In this document: one piece after another, positions 50,680 through 63,189 of the stretch
Layout: each line of letters begins with the position of its first letter
Position numbering within the stretch: the first letter of the stretch is position 1
Origin: the human T2T-CHM13v2.0 reference genome, Homo sapiens
Reading direction: 5' to 3' (one strand)
Length of the DNA: 64,000 nt
Assembly (NCBI RefSeq): GCF_009914755.1
Contig: NC_060944.1
Notes under the pieces: generated by a model
Database searches by the model: none
Told to the model about the DNA's origin: nothing
What the model saw: the letters and a program-made list of their open reading frames with translations, nothing else
Position numbers and translations under genes: made by a program

Positions 50680-50905
50680 ATCTCTGAGTCATGGTTTTAA
50701 ATCCTAGTTCCTGAATCTATAGTAGTGTGACTTTGGAAAAGCCACTTAACCTCTCTAAGCATTTGTGTTCTTAATTGTAAGTGGGATACTCCAGACCTCA
50801 CAAGGTTGTTGTGAGGATAGAATGGAATAATCCATGAGTAAAAGCCCTTGTAACAGTGCTTATCACGTTAAGTGCTCCGTAAATGCTAGTGGTAATTATT
50901 AGTCC
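50680..50905 (+). mobile_element. MIR
   Basis: 'gtgtgactttggaaaagccacttaacctctctaagc...cctcacaaggttgttgtgagga'. Confidence 0.75.
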
Positions 50906-52459
50906 TCATTCACTAACGTCGTATAAAAATGAAGATCTAACACACGTACAACTTGAAAAAATACTAATCACCCATAAGTGTTAAAATTGTCTTATTATAG
51001 GTTGAATTTTTAAGCCAAAATACTGTAATTTCAATTTTTCATTAGCCCTTTGGCCATTTCTCTCTAAAATATCACCCATGGTTTGAATTTCTTTTCATAG
51101 TTCCAAGCTTCTTTAAGGGAAATCTGAAACTGAGTTGTATGGTTTGGCATATGACTTCCATCAGTGGGATACTCCTGTTGCCCTGGAACCTCAGACATGA
51201 TTCATGGTTTTTCTAATGTTCCTGTTAAATCCTTTGTAGGTTTAAACAAAAACAATGCATCTACTGAGCTATTGGTGGTGGTTTCTCCTCATAAGGTTGA
51301 CTGGAACAGTGGGTTGGCATGAAATTCATTTTAGGGATATACTTCAAAACCTGTGTAATGTATATTTATACAAACATTATTTGTATATTTGTATTATCTT
51401 TACTTCTTTAAATACCTTCTTTATCTTGATTTCTTGGCATTTTCATGCACAAATATAATGATATCCCAACTGCCTATTTGGAATAAATATATCCCCTGCT
51501 TTATCCATGAAGTCACGAAGGAGCAGGCTTCCTACTAGGCAGAGCTACCTTGACTGCCAGCCTTCTGGTAGGGGTGCTCTCTGTTCCTTCCTAGGCATTG
51601 TTACTCAGCCAGGGCACTGCACTGCCTTTCTAACCTAAGCCTTCACATTCTCTGGGAGCTTCTGTCTCAAGTTGCCTGGTTCACATGGGACCTGGGTGGG
51701 TGAAGGGAGAGGAGAGGGCAGGAGTTGACCCATCTGGCTGTTGCTGTGACTGGCGCTGATGAATCATCCAGAAGCTGTCCCTTGAGCCTCCTCTCTGGGC
51801 CTAGAGCCCTCTTGTGTTAGCCCACCTTTGGCAGCATATCTCTTCTCACATGTTGGAGGTACTGCACTCCATCTTCAGTTAGGGCTATTGGTTGCCCATA
51901 TTTTAGGTATCACTCATCATTTCTCAGCCACAAATTCTGGTTTTCCGCCGTAGTTATACAGTAGATTTGTTTGTTTGTTTGTTTGGTCTTTCATGTGGTC
52001 TTGGGGTAGAAAGGGAAGACTGCAGTGTGTGTTCAGTCTGTCATCTGGGGAATCCAAAAAATAATTAAAAGTCATTACTTGAAATACATTGGTTTTAGGG
52101 TTCAGAGTGGCTCTCCTTTTAGCTGCCCTTTGATTAAGGATCTCTCTTTAACTGAACAGGAAACGTGTTGGTATAGCATTGGACAAGGTTCTTGAGGAGT
52201 CAGTTCTTTGTTGAGCATCAGAGTCTTCTCTTGATGAAAGGAATTCTAAAGTTACATAATAAGTGTGTTGGACATGTCTACAGTACTCTTGAGGGGAAAA
52301 TATATTCAGTTTTCTTACTGGGAATACCTGGAGCTCTTTTCTCAAAATTAGGACCCACCTACTCCGTACTTTATTTTTTTTCCTAGGTAGTAGAAGTAGA
52401 AATTCTCATGTAGCTCCACTCCATATGAAGAGCTGTGCCTTTTCTTGTGCTAGGCACTA

Positions 52460-52640
52460 GGGCAGGGATTAGCCTGCTGGTGACGTCCTGTTTTTGTGAG
52501 TCAGGTTTTATTGGAATACAGCCATGTCCATTCATGTTGTGTTGTTTATGGTTGCTTTCACTCTTCAAAGGCAGATATTAGTTGTTGCAGCTGAGATCAT
52601 ATGGCCAGCAGGTCTGAAATATTTACTGATTTTTTTCCTG
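52460..52640. mobile_element. MER58A-like hAT element
   Basis: 'ttttattggaatacagccatgtccattc...tgaaatatttact'. Confidence 0.6.
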
Positions 52641-54953
52641 GAGGGCACAAAGAATGAGTTTTGATTTTCCTGAGTGTGGTGGGCCGTTGGACAGGATGAA
52701 GGTGGATGTGGACTTTGGGGTGTAGAGGTTAGATGAAGAGGCAGAGAGCCTCTTGCCATCATAGAGTTTGTTTTAATTTTGGGGTCATCAAATTATCTTT
52801 TTCTATAGACTCCACCCACCCCCCCAAGAATTGACCTGCTTTTTTCTTTACCACTTATTCCACTCACTGTTCCTGATCAAGCCTTTTTTTCTTGATTCAC
52901 AGCATGTATGTACAGAAGATTGTCTAGTAGCTTCTTCTCTGTTCTGCCTTAAATCCCTTTTGTTATTCTTTCCCTCCAATTCTAAGTGCAACTTGAAGCC
53001 CAGTTGCATTCCCGTGATTCCTTCTCAAAGACAGTCAATATCCTGAAGTTGGTGTTTATCATTCCTTTGCTTTTCACCATGCTTTCATTGCATATGTATT
53101 CGTCCCTGAGCAATATTGAATGCTGTTTTATTTATTCATAACTTTCTGTAAGTGGTATACTGTATATGTTCTTTTTTTTTTTTTTGGCTTAGTATGTTTG
53201 TGACCATCTAGCTCTAGCTCTTCCAATCTCACTTGCATCTCACAAGTATATGGATGTTATATGAGCTTATTCTTTTCCTGATGGGCTTGTTTCCTTTCCT
53301 CTAAGTTGATCTGTTTACTTGTTTAAGAGATGAGATCTTACTCTGTCGCCCAGGCTGGCATACAGTGGTGTGATCATAGCTCACGGCAGCCTTGAACTCC
53401 TGGCCTCAAGCAATCCTCTCACCTCAGCTTCCGAAGTAGCTGAGACTACCCGCACATACCACCATACCTGATTTTAAATTTCTATTTCTAACAGCTTTAT
53501 TGAGATATAATTTGTGTATCATGAAATTGACCTGCTGAAAGTGTATGATTCAGTGGTTTTTAGTATATTTACAGAGCTGTGCAATCATCACTATTATCTG
53601 ATTTTAGAGGGTCTTCATTCTCAAAAGTAATTAGCAGTTGCTACCCATCTCCCTCCCCTGTCTCCACCCTCACCTGAAGCAACCATTAATCTACTTTTTA
53701 TATTTGCAAACATGTCTATTTTAGACTTTTCATATAAATGGGATTGTATAGTACTTGGTACTTCATGACTGGCTTCTTTCACTTAACCTAATGTTTTTGA
53801 GCTTCATCCATGATGTAGTATGTACATGATGGGCTTTTAAATTGCTTACAGTTTTTGCTGTTACAAGTGATGCTTTATATGTGCTTGAGGAACTGTTATT
53901 TTTTTAAGTGACTTTTATTGTTAATAGTAAAAATTAGATCTCATAGTCTTAATCTCTTGCTGAGGCTCTGGAAGAGAAAAACAAAGGAAGTAACATTTAC
54001 AAAAACATAATTGAGTATCTCTGGCAGTGAGTAAGCCCTTATCTTTTGAGGAACTCAATGTAGCTGGGGTAGATTGACTAACTGTAAAACAGTGGAAGTG
54101 CTACAAGTGAATAAGCAAAATTATGAGGAAATTCAGAAGGAACAATTTCTTGGGAGATATGTACAAGGTGTTATAAAGTGAGTGACATTTGATTTGAGTG
54201 TAGACCCTGGAAATTAGTAATTTTTCAGGAAGTGGGTGTTGACAAGGGAGGAAGAAGGTGTTCTGAAAGAAGCATCATGTGACGGCATTGAGAGATCAAA
54301 AGGCATTTTCCAGGAACTTACAAGAGAGTGAGTGGGCTTCAACAATAGTATGGCAGGATAGGAGACTAGGAAGGCTCCAGGCTCATTGATAAACACCTGC
54401 TGTGAGAATCATTAGAAAAATTAGGTAAGATTAAGGACGTACACTTTTATGTTTTAGAAAGAGAACTCTGACAATGCAGAAAGTGAGCTGGAGACCAGAG
54501 AGTCTAGAGGTGGGGTAGACTAGATGAAGGTTGTTGTGCTCTTTTAGGTTAGAGATGGTAACTTCTTGTTGTTCATGGTGGTGGGAATGAAAGGAGATGA
54601 AGTAGGTAAGCATTTTTTACGTTACTTTGACAGGACTTACTGATGTGAGTGGTGAGGGAAATGAATTTTAAGATGACTCCCATGATTTCTCACTTGAACA
54701 ACCTGAATGATTTGTGAATTTTCTAAACATCTACATTGTCAAAAATAACTTGTGTTAGAAGCCATCCACTTTCTACAGATAAAATATCTGCTTCAGTTTG
54801 CTTTAAGGAATAAAATAACTTATTATAATTTAAAGGTTACTTGAAGTGTTTTATTTCCAGTTCAGAAATGAAACACAAGTTCATATTGAGCCTAGGATCT
54901 GTCATTTTTAGACTTGAACAATCAAACTACTATTAATTATCACTTCCTCATAG

Positions 54954-55081
54954 CCAAAAGAATGCAATGGTGTAAAGATTCCAGTTGATGCCAGTAAACC
55001 TAATCCAAATGATGTGGAGTTTGATAATCTGTATTTGGATATGAATGGAATCATCCATCCCTGTACTCATCCTGAAGACAA
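54954..55081 (+). CDS. XRN2: XRN2 exon 2 (PKECNG...[17 protein letters not shown])
   Basis: Acceptor cttcctcatag|, donor |gtacgt, 128 nt. Contains the XRN motif [10 protein letters not shown] (D54). Confidence 0.97.
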
Positions 55082-55164
55082 GTACGTAACCCATTTTTGT
55101 CACTGATATAGCAAATCACAGAGGAAACATTATATTATATTACGTTGTTTGGTTGTCATTATAG

Positions 55165-55276
55165 ACCAGCACCAAAAAATGAAGATGAAATGATGGTTGC
55201 AATTTTTGAGTACATTGACAGACTTTTCAGTATTGTAAGACCAAGAAGACTTCTCTACATGGCAATAGATGGAGTG
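55165..55276 (+). CDS. XRN2: XRN2 exon 3 ([10 protein letters not shown]...YMAIDGV)
   Basis: Acceptor ttatag|, donor |gtaagt, 112 nt. AIDGV motif (D103); frame continuous with exon 2. Confidence 0.97.
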
Positions 55277-57234
55277 GTAAGTGCTAAAATAATTAGAAGC
55301 CTCCATTTTGTTTTTTTTTTGCTGTGTTACCAGTGTCTAGAATGAAAGTCAGCTAAATAATGAAAAATGTTGACAGTGATGAACTTGAGAAAGAAAGCCT
55401 CATCCTTCAGTCATTCATTCAGATGTTTTTTTGTGTGTGTGTTTTGTGCTTATTTTGTGCTCAGTACTGTGAAATACTGGGGATGTTGGCGACTGCCCTT
55501 GCTTTTGAACTTTTGGCTTACTGTCAAAGGGAAGGAGGCATAGATAAATGGGTGAGCTTAATTATTTATAGGCATTATAAGCACTAGATAATACATGCAG
55601 GGTGTTGAGGGAAGAGGAAGTCAGTGCTACTAAGGAAGTTAGGATATAGAGAAGAGGTGACTTTTGTTCCATTTCTTTAACAATGAAGAATAATTGGGAG
55701 ATTGGTGGGTGGTGGTGGGAGATGGATGGGACAAGGTTTGGGGAGGGAGGACCTTCCAGATTTCTCAAATGTGGCAGGTAAACACACTTTCCGTGCCTTT
55801 GACCACACTGACATGTTTTGGCAACTACAGGTGGTTTGAATTGAGAAGGGAAGTATAGCAAAAGCTTGAGAAAGCCTTACCGTCTGGAGTTTGGACTGTA
55901 TCCTATAGGCAATGAGTAGTCATGAAAATGATTTGAGAGGAGTAAGTTACTGACCTATGATAATAATACCAAGTAGCTCCTTTTATAAATGACCAGCAAA
56001 CTCTATTAGGGGGGTAAGGTAAGATATAACTCTAAATTTATTTAGCTATCTGCAAGTAGATTCTTTTAATTTTAGTGCATCCTAGCGGCTAATGGGATGA
56101 TTTTGGAAATTCAGAGAACTTTGAATCCAAGAAGATTAACTTTTCTGTGAGATTCGTCTTACTCAGTGAAAAACCTTAGCTACCTGATAACTTGCTAAGT
56201 TGCAGTTAGAATGGAGTAAAGAGTAAAAAGAAAAGGAATATGTCTTGTTTAGAGCACATTTCAGTTTATATTCAGCTAATTTTTTTTGAAGAAATCTTTA
56301 GCTTTACTCCAGTGTGTTCTTTCTGCTACATCAAGTATAAAATATGTACACATTTATATGCATGTGTGTGTACATGTTTATACACACATTTTTTTGTTTA
56401 TATATAAATGTAGATACAGAACTTTGTACTTGAGAGGGCTTCATTAGATGGTCTCATTCTACAGAAAAGGGAATTGTTTAAAGAGAATATTAAATAACTT
56501 ACATTTAGATGTAAACAGGATATTTCACAGTTTCTTCCCACCCCAAAACTCAGTTCAGTAACTTCGAAAATCTTACAATCTAGTTCACTTTATTTGGGCT
56601 TTTCCACTGAAATTGCATTTGGTTAGAGTGATTTAAAAGTACTTCTGGTTAAGGCATTATTTCTTTCTAACTGCTATGCCTTATTGAAAAGACAGAAAAA
56701 TTATAAACCTTATTGTGGGAAATAGAAGTGCACCGAGATTCTTCACATAAAGAAATAGTTTTCTGTTGCTTTTATGAGACATTGTGGATCCCATTTGGAC
56801 ACCATTCTTCCTTTTAGGTGTGGACATAGAGAATGTCTTCCTGATCTTAATTCAGTAGTAACTGCTCATCAGATGTTGGCTGGGTCTTTTGAGTAAAGTG
56901 AGCTTTCTTTCTTGGGTGCCCTGAATCAAGCACCCTAACCGAGGGGAACTGGTGTTAGACTGGGAGGGCTTGAAGTATAAGTGCTAGGGCTTCATAGGAT
57001 GTTTGTCCATTTGACGTGGCACTCATTCACCTGATTGAGCTCAGCTTTTGGGTTCTCGGTCCAAATTTAAGTTCTCAGCATCTGGTATCTGTCATGAAAG
57101 GATTATTAGACACATTACTTACCTTTCTTCCATTTTAGTGTACTGCTTTTATAAGAACAACTGATTCAAAATAAGGTACAGATTTATTTGTGAATATTTT
57201 GATGAGTGTTATGGAATATGAAATACATTTTCAG

Positions 57235-57346
57235 GCACCACGTGCTAAAATGAACCAGCAGCGTTCAAGGAGGTTCAGGGCATCAAAAGAAGGAATGGAA
57301 GCAGCAGTCGAGAAGCAGCGAGTCAGGGAAGAAATATTGGCAAAAG
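57235..57346 (+). CDS. XRN2: XRN2 exon 4 ([14 protein letters not shown]...EEILAK)
   Basis: Acceptor ttttcag|, donor |gtaaag, 112 nt. Conserved basic motif [14 protein letters not shown]. Confidence 0.97.
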
Positions 57347-58530
57347 GTAAAGAATATGCATCTTGAAGTTGGATTTTTTCATAAGATGTATGCAGAATGA
57401 GGGGGTGGTGGCAACTTTTTCTTACAAAGAGGCAAGCTTTTAATTTAATAAGGATCCCAGAATATCCAGTGTTCACTGTTGAGGAAAAGTAGTTCATGAA
57501 ATCTACCAATAGGCTTAATAGGCTTGTTTATTTTCAAACTCTCCAGTAAGAGGGAGCCTTGGGAATAGGGAATTCTGGTGGAGATTGCAGATTGTCAACT
57601 CCTCTCAGGGCCAGTGCAGCTCTTTAACAAACTTTTATGTCTCTGTAGAATAGAAATATAGTAAGTATTTTTTACTACTTTTCTCTGTGGCGGCTGTCAG
57701 AAAGCTATAGTGCTGTAAACATTTTCCTCAAATCAGCTTTGGTTTGCTTGCTTTTTGAAACTCAGAGGTCTATCTGAGGAAGCCGGAGGTGATTCGATCC
57801 ACATTTACAGGCTGTTGCCAAGTCATTTGCATACTTTCAATATAGGTTGATGGAGCAGGCACAGTACTTATGGTTCCTTCAAGTTTGGAGGGGTTAGGGT
57901 GGGATGTCTTCATTTTTGCAGTTCCCCAAAGCCTTAAAATTCCTGGTGGCTACATGGGTAGGAACTGACTAAGCCTCAGAGAAAAGGAAGATCAGGGAGT
58001 GTTGATGCCAGTTGGGACTGGTTCTCTCCTACCACACCTGTGTGTGAGGTAGGGTATGGTTGTAGCAGGTTTGTTTGGTGTTCTGCTACTTAAGGGGGTA
58101 TAATAGACCAGAAAAGCCACAGTGTCTTGGCTCCGGATAATTGCACTCTGCAGTTGAAAAAGGATGCCATAGTATAGCCAGCTCAGGCCTGCAATTACAA
58201 TAAATTTTATATTACTTGAATTTTGCTGGAAGTGTACAAGTATATAGTTCCTTTAGCTGCAACTTGTAATTAAGACTCTAAAACCTGTTTGTATTTATAA
58301 CAATGTTTCTGATTTTAAGAATGTCTTTTTTTTGAAGATGTGATGAAATATATTTGTTTCTTGAGAAGCAGCTAATAGTGATAGAGAGGAAAAAATAGGA
58401 TTTTTATATTCCTCTACCTGATAATTGTATTTCTTATCCTGTAAAGCTGTGATGAACTCGGCATTTTAAATTTCATTTTTCTTAGGCACCTTTATTTTAG
58501 GAACTGTTATCAAAAATATGGCCTCTAACT

Positions 58531-58532
<2 letters not shown>

Positions 58533-58569
<37 letters not shown>
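58533..58569. repeat. (TG)n microsatellite
   Basis: Direct read. Confidence 0.95.
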
Positions 58570-58571
<2 letters not shown>

Positions 58572-58671
58572 TCTCTTACAGAGTGAAGAACTTCATAATT
58601 TTTATGTAACAATATAATATCTTTTGTGTACCATATATTGTTTTACAGTCTTATTAAAACATAATTTAAAA

Positions 58672-58975
58672 GGCTGAGCACGATGGCTCACCCCTGTAAT
58701 CCCAGCATTTTGGGAGGCCGAGGACGGCAGATGACTGGAGGTCAGGAGTTCAAGACCAGCCTGGCCAACACAATGAAACTGCGTCTCTACTAAAAATACA
58801 AAAATTAGCCAGGCGTGGTGGCAGGCGCCTGTAATCCCAGCTTCTCAGGAGGCTGAGACAGGAGAATCGCTTGAACCCCGGAAGGCGGAGGTTGCAGTGA
58901 GCCGAGATTGCACCACTGCACTCCAGCCTGGGTGACAGAATGAGACTCTGTCTCAAATAATAATAATAATAATAA
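58672..58975 (+). mobile_element. AluS in intron 4 with (AAT)n tail
   Basis: Alu consensus match; flanked by ataatttaaa repeats. Confidence 0.92.
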
Positions 58976-59151
58976 TTTAAATTTGAGAGATGGAATCTTA
59001 TTTTCTTCCCAGTGAGGGAACATTTTTCCTCGGATGACGAGACTTCACTTTCTTTTGTAGTGGAACTTTTTGTTTTTGTTGTTCTGGCTTAATGTTGAGT
59101 AATTTATCTCACTTTTTATGGGGAGAACAAAACGTTGCCTCTTTTCTCTAG

Positions 59152-59210
59152 GTGGCTTTCTTCCTCCAGAAGAAATAAAAGAAAGATTTGACAGCAACTG
59201 TATTACACCA
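59152..59210 (+). CDS. XRN2: XRN2 exon 5 (GGFLPPEEIKERFDSNCITP)
   Basis: Acceptor ttttctctag|, donor |gtaagt, 59 nt. FDSNCITP motif. Confidence 0.97.
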
Positions 59211-59286
59211 GTAAGTAGTCTCATACTTTGCTAGCTATTGCTAACTCTTAAATGATAGGTTAATTTATTTCTTTCTATCATTTTAG

Positions 59287-59376
59287 GGAACTGAATTCAT
59301 GGACAATCTTGCTAAATGCCTTCGCTATTACATAGCTGATCGTTTAAATAATGACCCTGGGTGGAAAAATTTGACA
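59287..59376 (+). CDS. XRN2: XRN2 exon 6 (GTEFMDNLAK...PGWKNLT)
   Basis: Acceptor ttttag|, donor |gtaagt, 90 nt. Completes ITPGTEFM. Confidence 0.97.
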
Positions 59377-59989
59377 GTAAGTTTCACATTTTGATACTTC
59401 AGAAAGATTAGGGTGATCATTCGAGGCTGTACTTTGATATGACTGACATTATTTATCCTTCTGCCCTGCCCCATAAAATGCTAGTTGACTGTTGGAAGAA
59501 AGAAAAGCTTCCAGGGTTTTTGGAGATGGGGTATCCTTGCATGGTTAGGTTTTAGATAGCTGAATTTTCTCTTAAAGCCAATTTTGTCCTCTTACCATCA
59601 CTATGAAGCTATAAAATGGGATTCATAATTTAAAAAATATATATAGGAAAGTAATTTTTAAATGGAAATTTCCATTATTACATATCAATATACAGCAAAA
59701 TTAGTAAGTTGTGGGGCTGTCTTAAATGGCTGTGTTCCCAAATATTTAAATAATATGTAAATGAACTTGTTTGTAATTTTAGGTTCATAAGCTGGCTTCC
59801 CTATTAATGAGAAATGGTAAATTATATTTTATAGATATGTGTTATTGATTATTCTTGGGGCATATATGGTTCAGCACTATATCCTTGCATAGTAGTGAAA
59901 ATAGGAGCTTGTGAATGATCAGTTTTTCTGATGGCTAGGTCTGACCCAGACATTTCATTCCTTTCCATTACATGTAGTAAGTCAATCAA

Positions 59990-60067
59990 TGAAGTGGTTT
60001 TGGTGTCTCTCACACACACACACCCCTTCTTTATTCAGAAAATTTTCAGTGAAGTAGTTTTGGTGTT

Positions 60068-60111
<44 letters not shown>

Positions 60112-60126
60112 ATTCAGAAAATTTTC
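59990..60126. repeat. Two-copy tandem duplication, each copy containing (CA)n
   Basis: Unit tgaagt(g/a)gttttggtgt..(CA)n..ttattcagaaaattttc occurs twice. Confidence 0.9.
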
Positions 60127-60229
60127 CCGTAACACTTATCTCAGTTTTTCTTGAGACATATAATTCTTTTGATTTTTGTGCCTATAGAAAATTGGGGATA
60201 ATCTGAAAGTGTTAACAATTTTTTTATAG

Positions 60230-60302
60230 GTTATTTTATCTGATGCTAGTGCTCCTGGTGAAGGAGAACATAAAATCATGGATTACATTAGAAGGCAAAG
60301 AG
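60230..60302 (+). CDS. XRN2: XRN2 exon 7 ([24 protein letters not shown])
   Basis: Acceptor tttttatag|, donor |gtaaag, 73 nt. PGEGEHKI motif (E203/E205). Confidence 0.97.
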
Positions 60303-60436
60303 GTAAAGCTTACTTACCAATATTTGATTATATGTTCTATTTTTAAAAAGCCATTGCATAGAAAATACTTGGTATGAAGTGATATTCTTGTGGTATATAA
60401 TATATTAATATAAATACATGTTTCTCTCTTGTTTAG

Positions 60437-60487
60437 CCCAGCCTAACCATGACCCAAATACTCATCATTGTTTATGTGGAGCAGATG
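60437..60487 (+). CDS. XRN2: XRN2 exon 8 (AQPNHDPNTHHCLCGAD)
   Basis: Acceptor cttgtttag|, donor |gtaagt, 51 nt. Includes D233. Confidence 0.97.
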
Positions 60488-60951
60488 GTAAGTTTCTTCT
60501 TTGGGATTTGCTTCTTTTGGATTAAACCATAGCAAGTTGATGGGTTGGTGTGCAGTAATGGATTATTCATGGTTACCTGGAAGTTCCAAAATGCCTTGGT
60601 TATTTTATGTTCGACAGGGAACTAGTATTGAGTTGCTGTTTAATCTGTGGTCAATGATCTTTAATTTCTTTTCTTCTTTCTTACATTTTTCAACCTTTTA
60701 ACTCCCCATACCTTTAAAATGGAGAATTTCCCAAGTGTTTAATCCTTAGTGGCAGTCTATGTTGTAGGTCCACGTATCTAGAGGACTTCCTGTTAACTGG
60801 GAAATGCCAGGAAGTGTCAAGCTTTGGGGCTTTGCTGCTCATTTGGGTGCTCATTTGGGCTTTTCTTTGTGTTGGCATCTCATAGTAGTTTATGGTAAGA
60901 CTTCTCTCAGAATACTCACTGTTCGATGTTTTTCTCATTGTTGATTGATAG

Positions 60952-61109
60952 CTGATCTCATTATGCTTGGCCTTGCCACACATGAACCGAACTTTACCAT
61001 TATTAGAGAAGAATTCAAACCAAACAAGCCCAAACCATGTGGTCTTTGTAATCAGTTTGGACATGAGGTCAAAGATTGTGAAGGTTTGCCAAGAGAAAAG
61101 AAGGGAAAG
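60952..61109 (+). CDS. XRN2: XRN2 exon 9 (ADLIMLGLATHEP...CGLCNQFGHEVKDC...GK)
   Basis: Acceptor ttgatag|, donor |gtaaga, 158 nt. My codon count puts D235 here, matching the known catalytic residue. CX2CX4HX4C zinc knuckle at 61038-61079. Confidence 0.97.
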
Positions 61110-62213
61110 GTAAGAACTTTGAGATGGTAGTTGCCTCATTAAAAAAAAAAAATCTATTGTGGTAAAATGTATATGACATAAAATATCATTTCAACCATTT
61201 TAAAGTATACAATTAAATAGCATTAAATATTTGAGTTACCTTGTTTTTAAAATGGATGAAGAGAAGATTGTGGTTGATTAGTTCTTTATGTGCTTGTTCT
61301 GTTACCGTTACCCTTCACAGAGATGTATCTTTTTTCTTTTTTTTTTCTTTTGAGACAGTCTCGACAGAGACGAATCTTTTAAAGTACTTTAAAATAAACC
61401 TGCATTCAAAAACATGCACACACTCATCCTTTCTACTTAGCACTTTTTCTGATATTGCCTATATCTACACGAGGCTTAGTTCCCATAGATAATAATGCCC
61501 ATAGCTTGTAATTTGTTTGTGGAAGTTATTTGTTTGAAATACTCTTCTTAAAAGGAACTACAACTTCTTAAGACTTTTAAGTTACTCCCACTTTTTATGT
61601 ATTTTAGGTTCACTTGGTTATGTCCAGTCCCCTTTAAAGGGGCTTCTGTTTCAATAATATGGTGCCTCTTGAGTCATATGCTTTTTGAGGGGGGAAAAAG
61701 AATATGGTGCCTCTTTCAAAGACATCGTTAAGTGAAAAAAGAGATAAATATAGTGTATTATTTCAGATATGTAATACAATAAAGACAGTATACATGTATC
61801 TATGCACATCTGTTCACAAGGAAGGGGTAATCATTGGTTGGGTATAGGTCATCAGTTGGCAAACTTCAGTCCTCCAGGTTTGGCCTGTGAGCTATGTTTT
61901 TTACATTTTTAAAGTGTTGTTAAAAACAAAATAAAACATGAAAGACTATTAAACAGAGATCATATATGTCCCCCAGTAGCCAAAATAATTTACTGTCTGG
62001 CCCTTTGCAGAAAATGTTTGCTGACCCCTGATCTAGACGTGGTTGATTTTATGGGTAATTTTTATTTTAAAATGCATTGGTGAGCTTTTAAAAATTAAAT
62101 ACTTGTGATATTAAAATGGATTGTGCGTTAGAAAAAGCCTTAAAATTTGCTTGGTTGGAAAAAATTACTGGACGTAGAGTAGACTTGTTTCATCTTCATT
62201 CCTGTTCTTGCAG

Positions 62214-62288
62214 CATGATGAACTTGCCGATAGTCTTCCTTGTGCAGAAGGAGAGTTTATCTTCCTTCGGCTTAATGTTCTTCGTGAG
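62214..62288 (+). CDS. XRN2: XRN2 exon 10 (HDELADSLPC...LRLNVLRE)
   Basis: Acceptor ttcttgcag|, donor |gtatgt, 75 nt. Confidence 0.96.
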
Positions 62289-62373
62289 GTATGTAGCAAT
62301 AATCATTGAAATCAGCACTCTAAAGCAGGGTGCCTTTGATAGCTGTAATGGCAGCATTCCTTTTTGGTTGTAG

Positions 62374-62507
62374 TATTTGGAAAGAGAACTCACAATGGCC
62401 AGCCTACCATTCACATTTGATGTTGAGAGGAGCATTGATGACTGGGTTTTCATGTGCTTCTTTGTGGGAAATGACTTCCTCCCTCATTTGCCATCGTTAG
62501 AGATTAG
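62374..62507 (+). CDS. XRN2: XRN2 exon 11 (YLERELTM...[16 protein letters not shown])
   Basis: Acceptor ttgtag|, donor |gtatgt, 134 nt. GNDFLPH motif (D345). Confidence 0.97.
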
Positions 62508-62606
62508 GTATGTGCATTTGTGTAGCTTTTCAAACGACTGTTTTAGGCTTCTTGACTTTACTGTGCCTACTGGTCCTAATGCATAATGTTTGTCTCTTGC
62601 TGACAG

Positions 62607-62664
62607 GGAAAATGCAATTGACCGTTTGGTTAACATATACAAAAATGTGGTACACAAAACTGGG
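62607..62664 (+). CDS. XRN2: XRN2 exon 12 (RENAIDRLVNIYKNVVHKTG)
   Basis: Acceptor ctgacag|, donor |gtaagt, 58 nt. Confidence 0.96.
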
Positions 62665-62747
62665 GTAAGTTCATTCTTGAATGATTTCAAAACAGAAGTA
62701 TTTGCTTTTATAAGAAGATCATTTTACATATATTTTATCACTTACAG

Positions 62748-62855
62748 GGTTACCTTACAGAAAGTGGTTATGTCAATCTGCAAAGAGTACAGATGATCAT
62801 GTTAGCAGTTGGTGAAGTTGAGGATAGCATTTTTAAAAAGAGAAAGGATGATGAG
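62748..62855 (+). CDS. XRN2: XRN2 exon 13 (GYLTESGYVNLQRVQ...FKKRKDDE); gene continues beyond the window
   Basis: Acceptor cttacag|, donor |gtaaag, 108 nt. Exons 1-13 sum to 1233 nt = 411 codons with no stop. Confidence 0.96.
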
Positions 62856-63189
62856 GTAAAGTGTTTCTATTGCAGTAGCTAAAATTGCTCCTGTCTCTAA
62901 TAGGCTATGATGATCCTGTGATTACTTTTAATCTCTTTGAGTGTGTTTTTATATCATTATGGTGTGTCAACACTAATGTAATCATGAGTGGTCAGTGCTT
63001 TGATTATTTTATAAAGGTTGTGCTGCTTGCTCTGTGGAACTATGTATTGTACCCTGTTTGAGTTGCATTGTAATGTTTTTTCTGTCTTCATAATCTGAAT
63101 ATAAATCCAAACACATTTCTAATCAATAGGATTTGAAATGCGGGTACCAAGGCTGGAAGTCTATTGGGATTGAACTAGTGGCTGTCATG

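Noticed and set aside
60901-60951. cttctctcag as the exon 9 acceptor
   Set aside because: It would add 41 nt and break the GAD-ADL catalytic motif; the AG at 60950-60951 keeps the frame.
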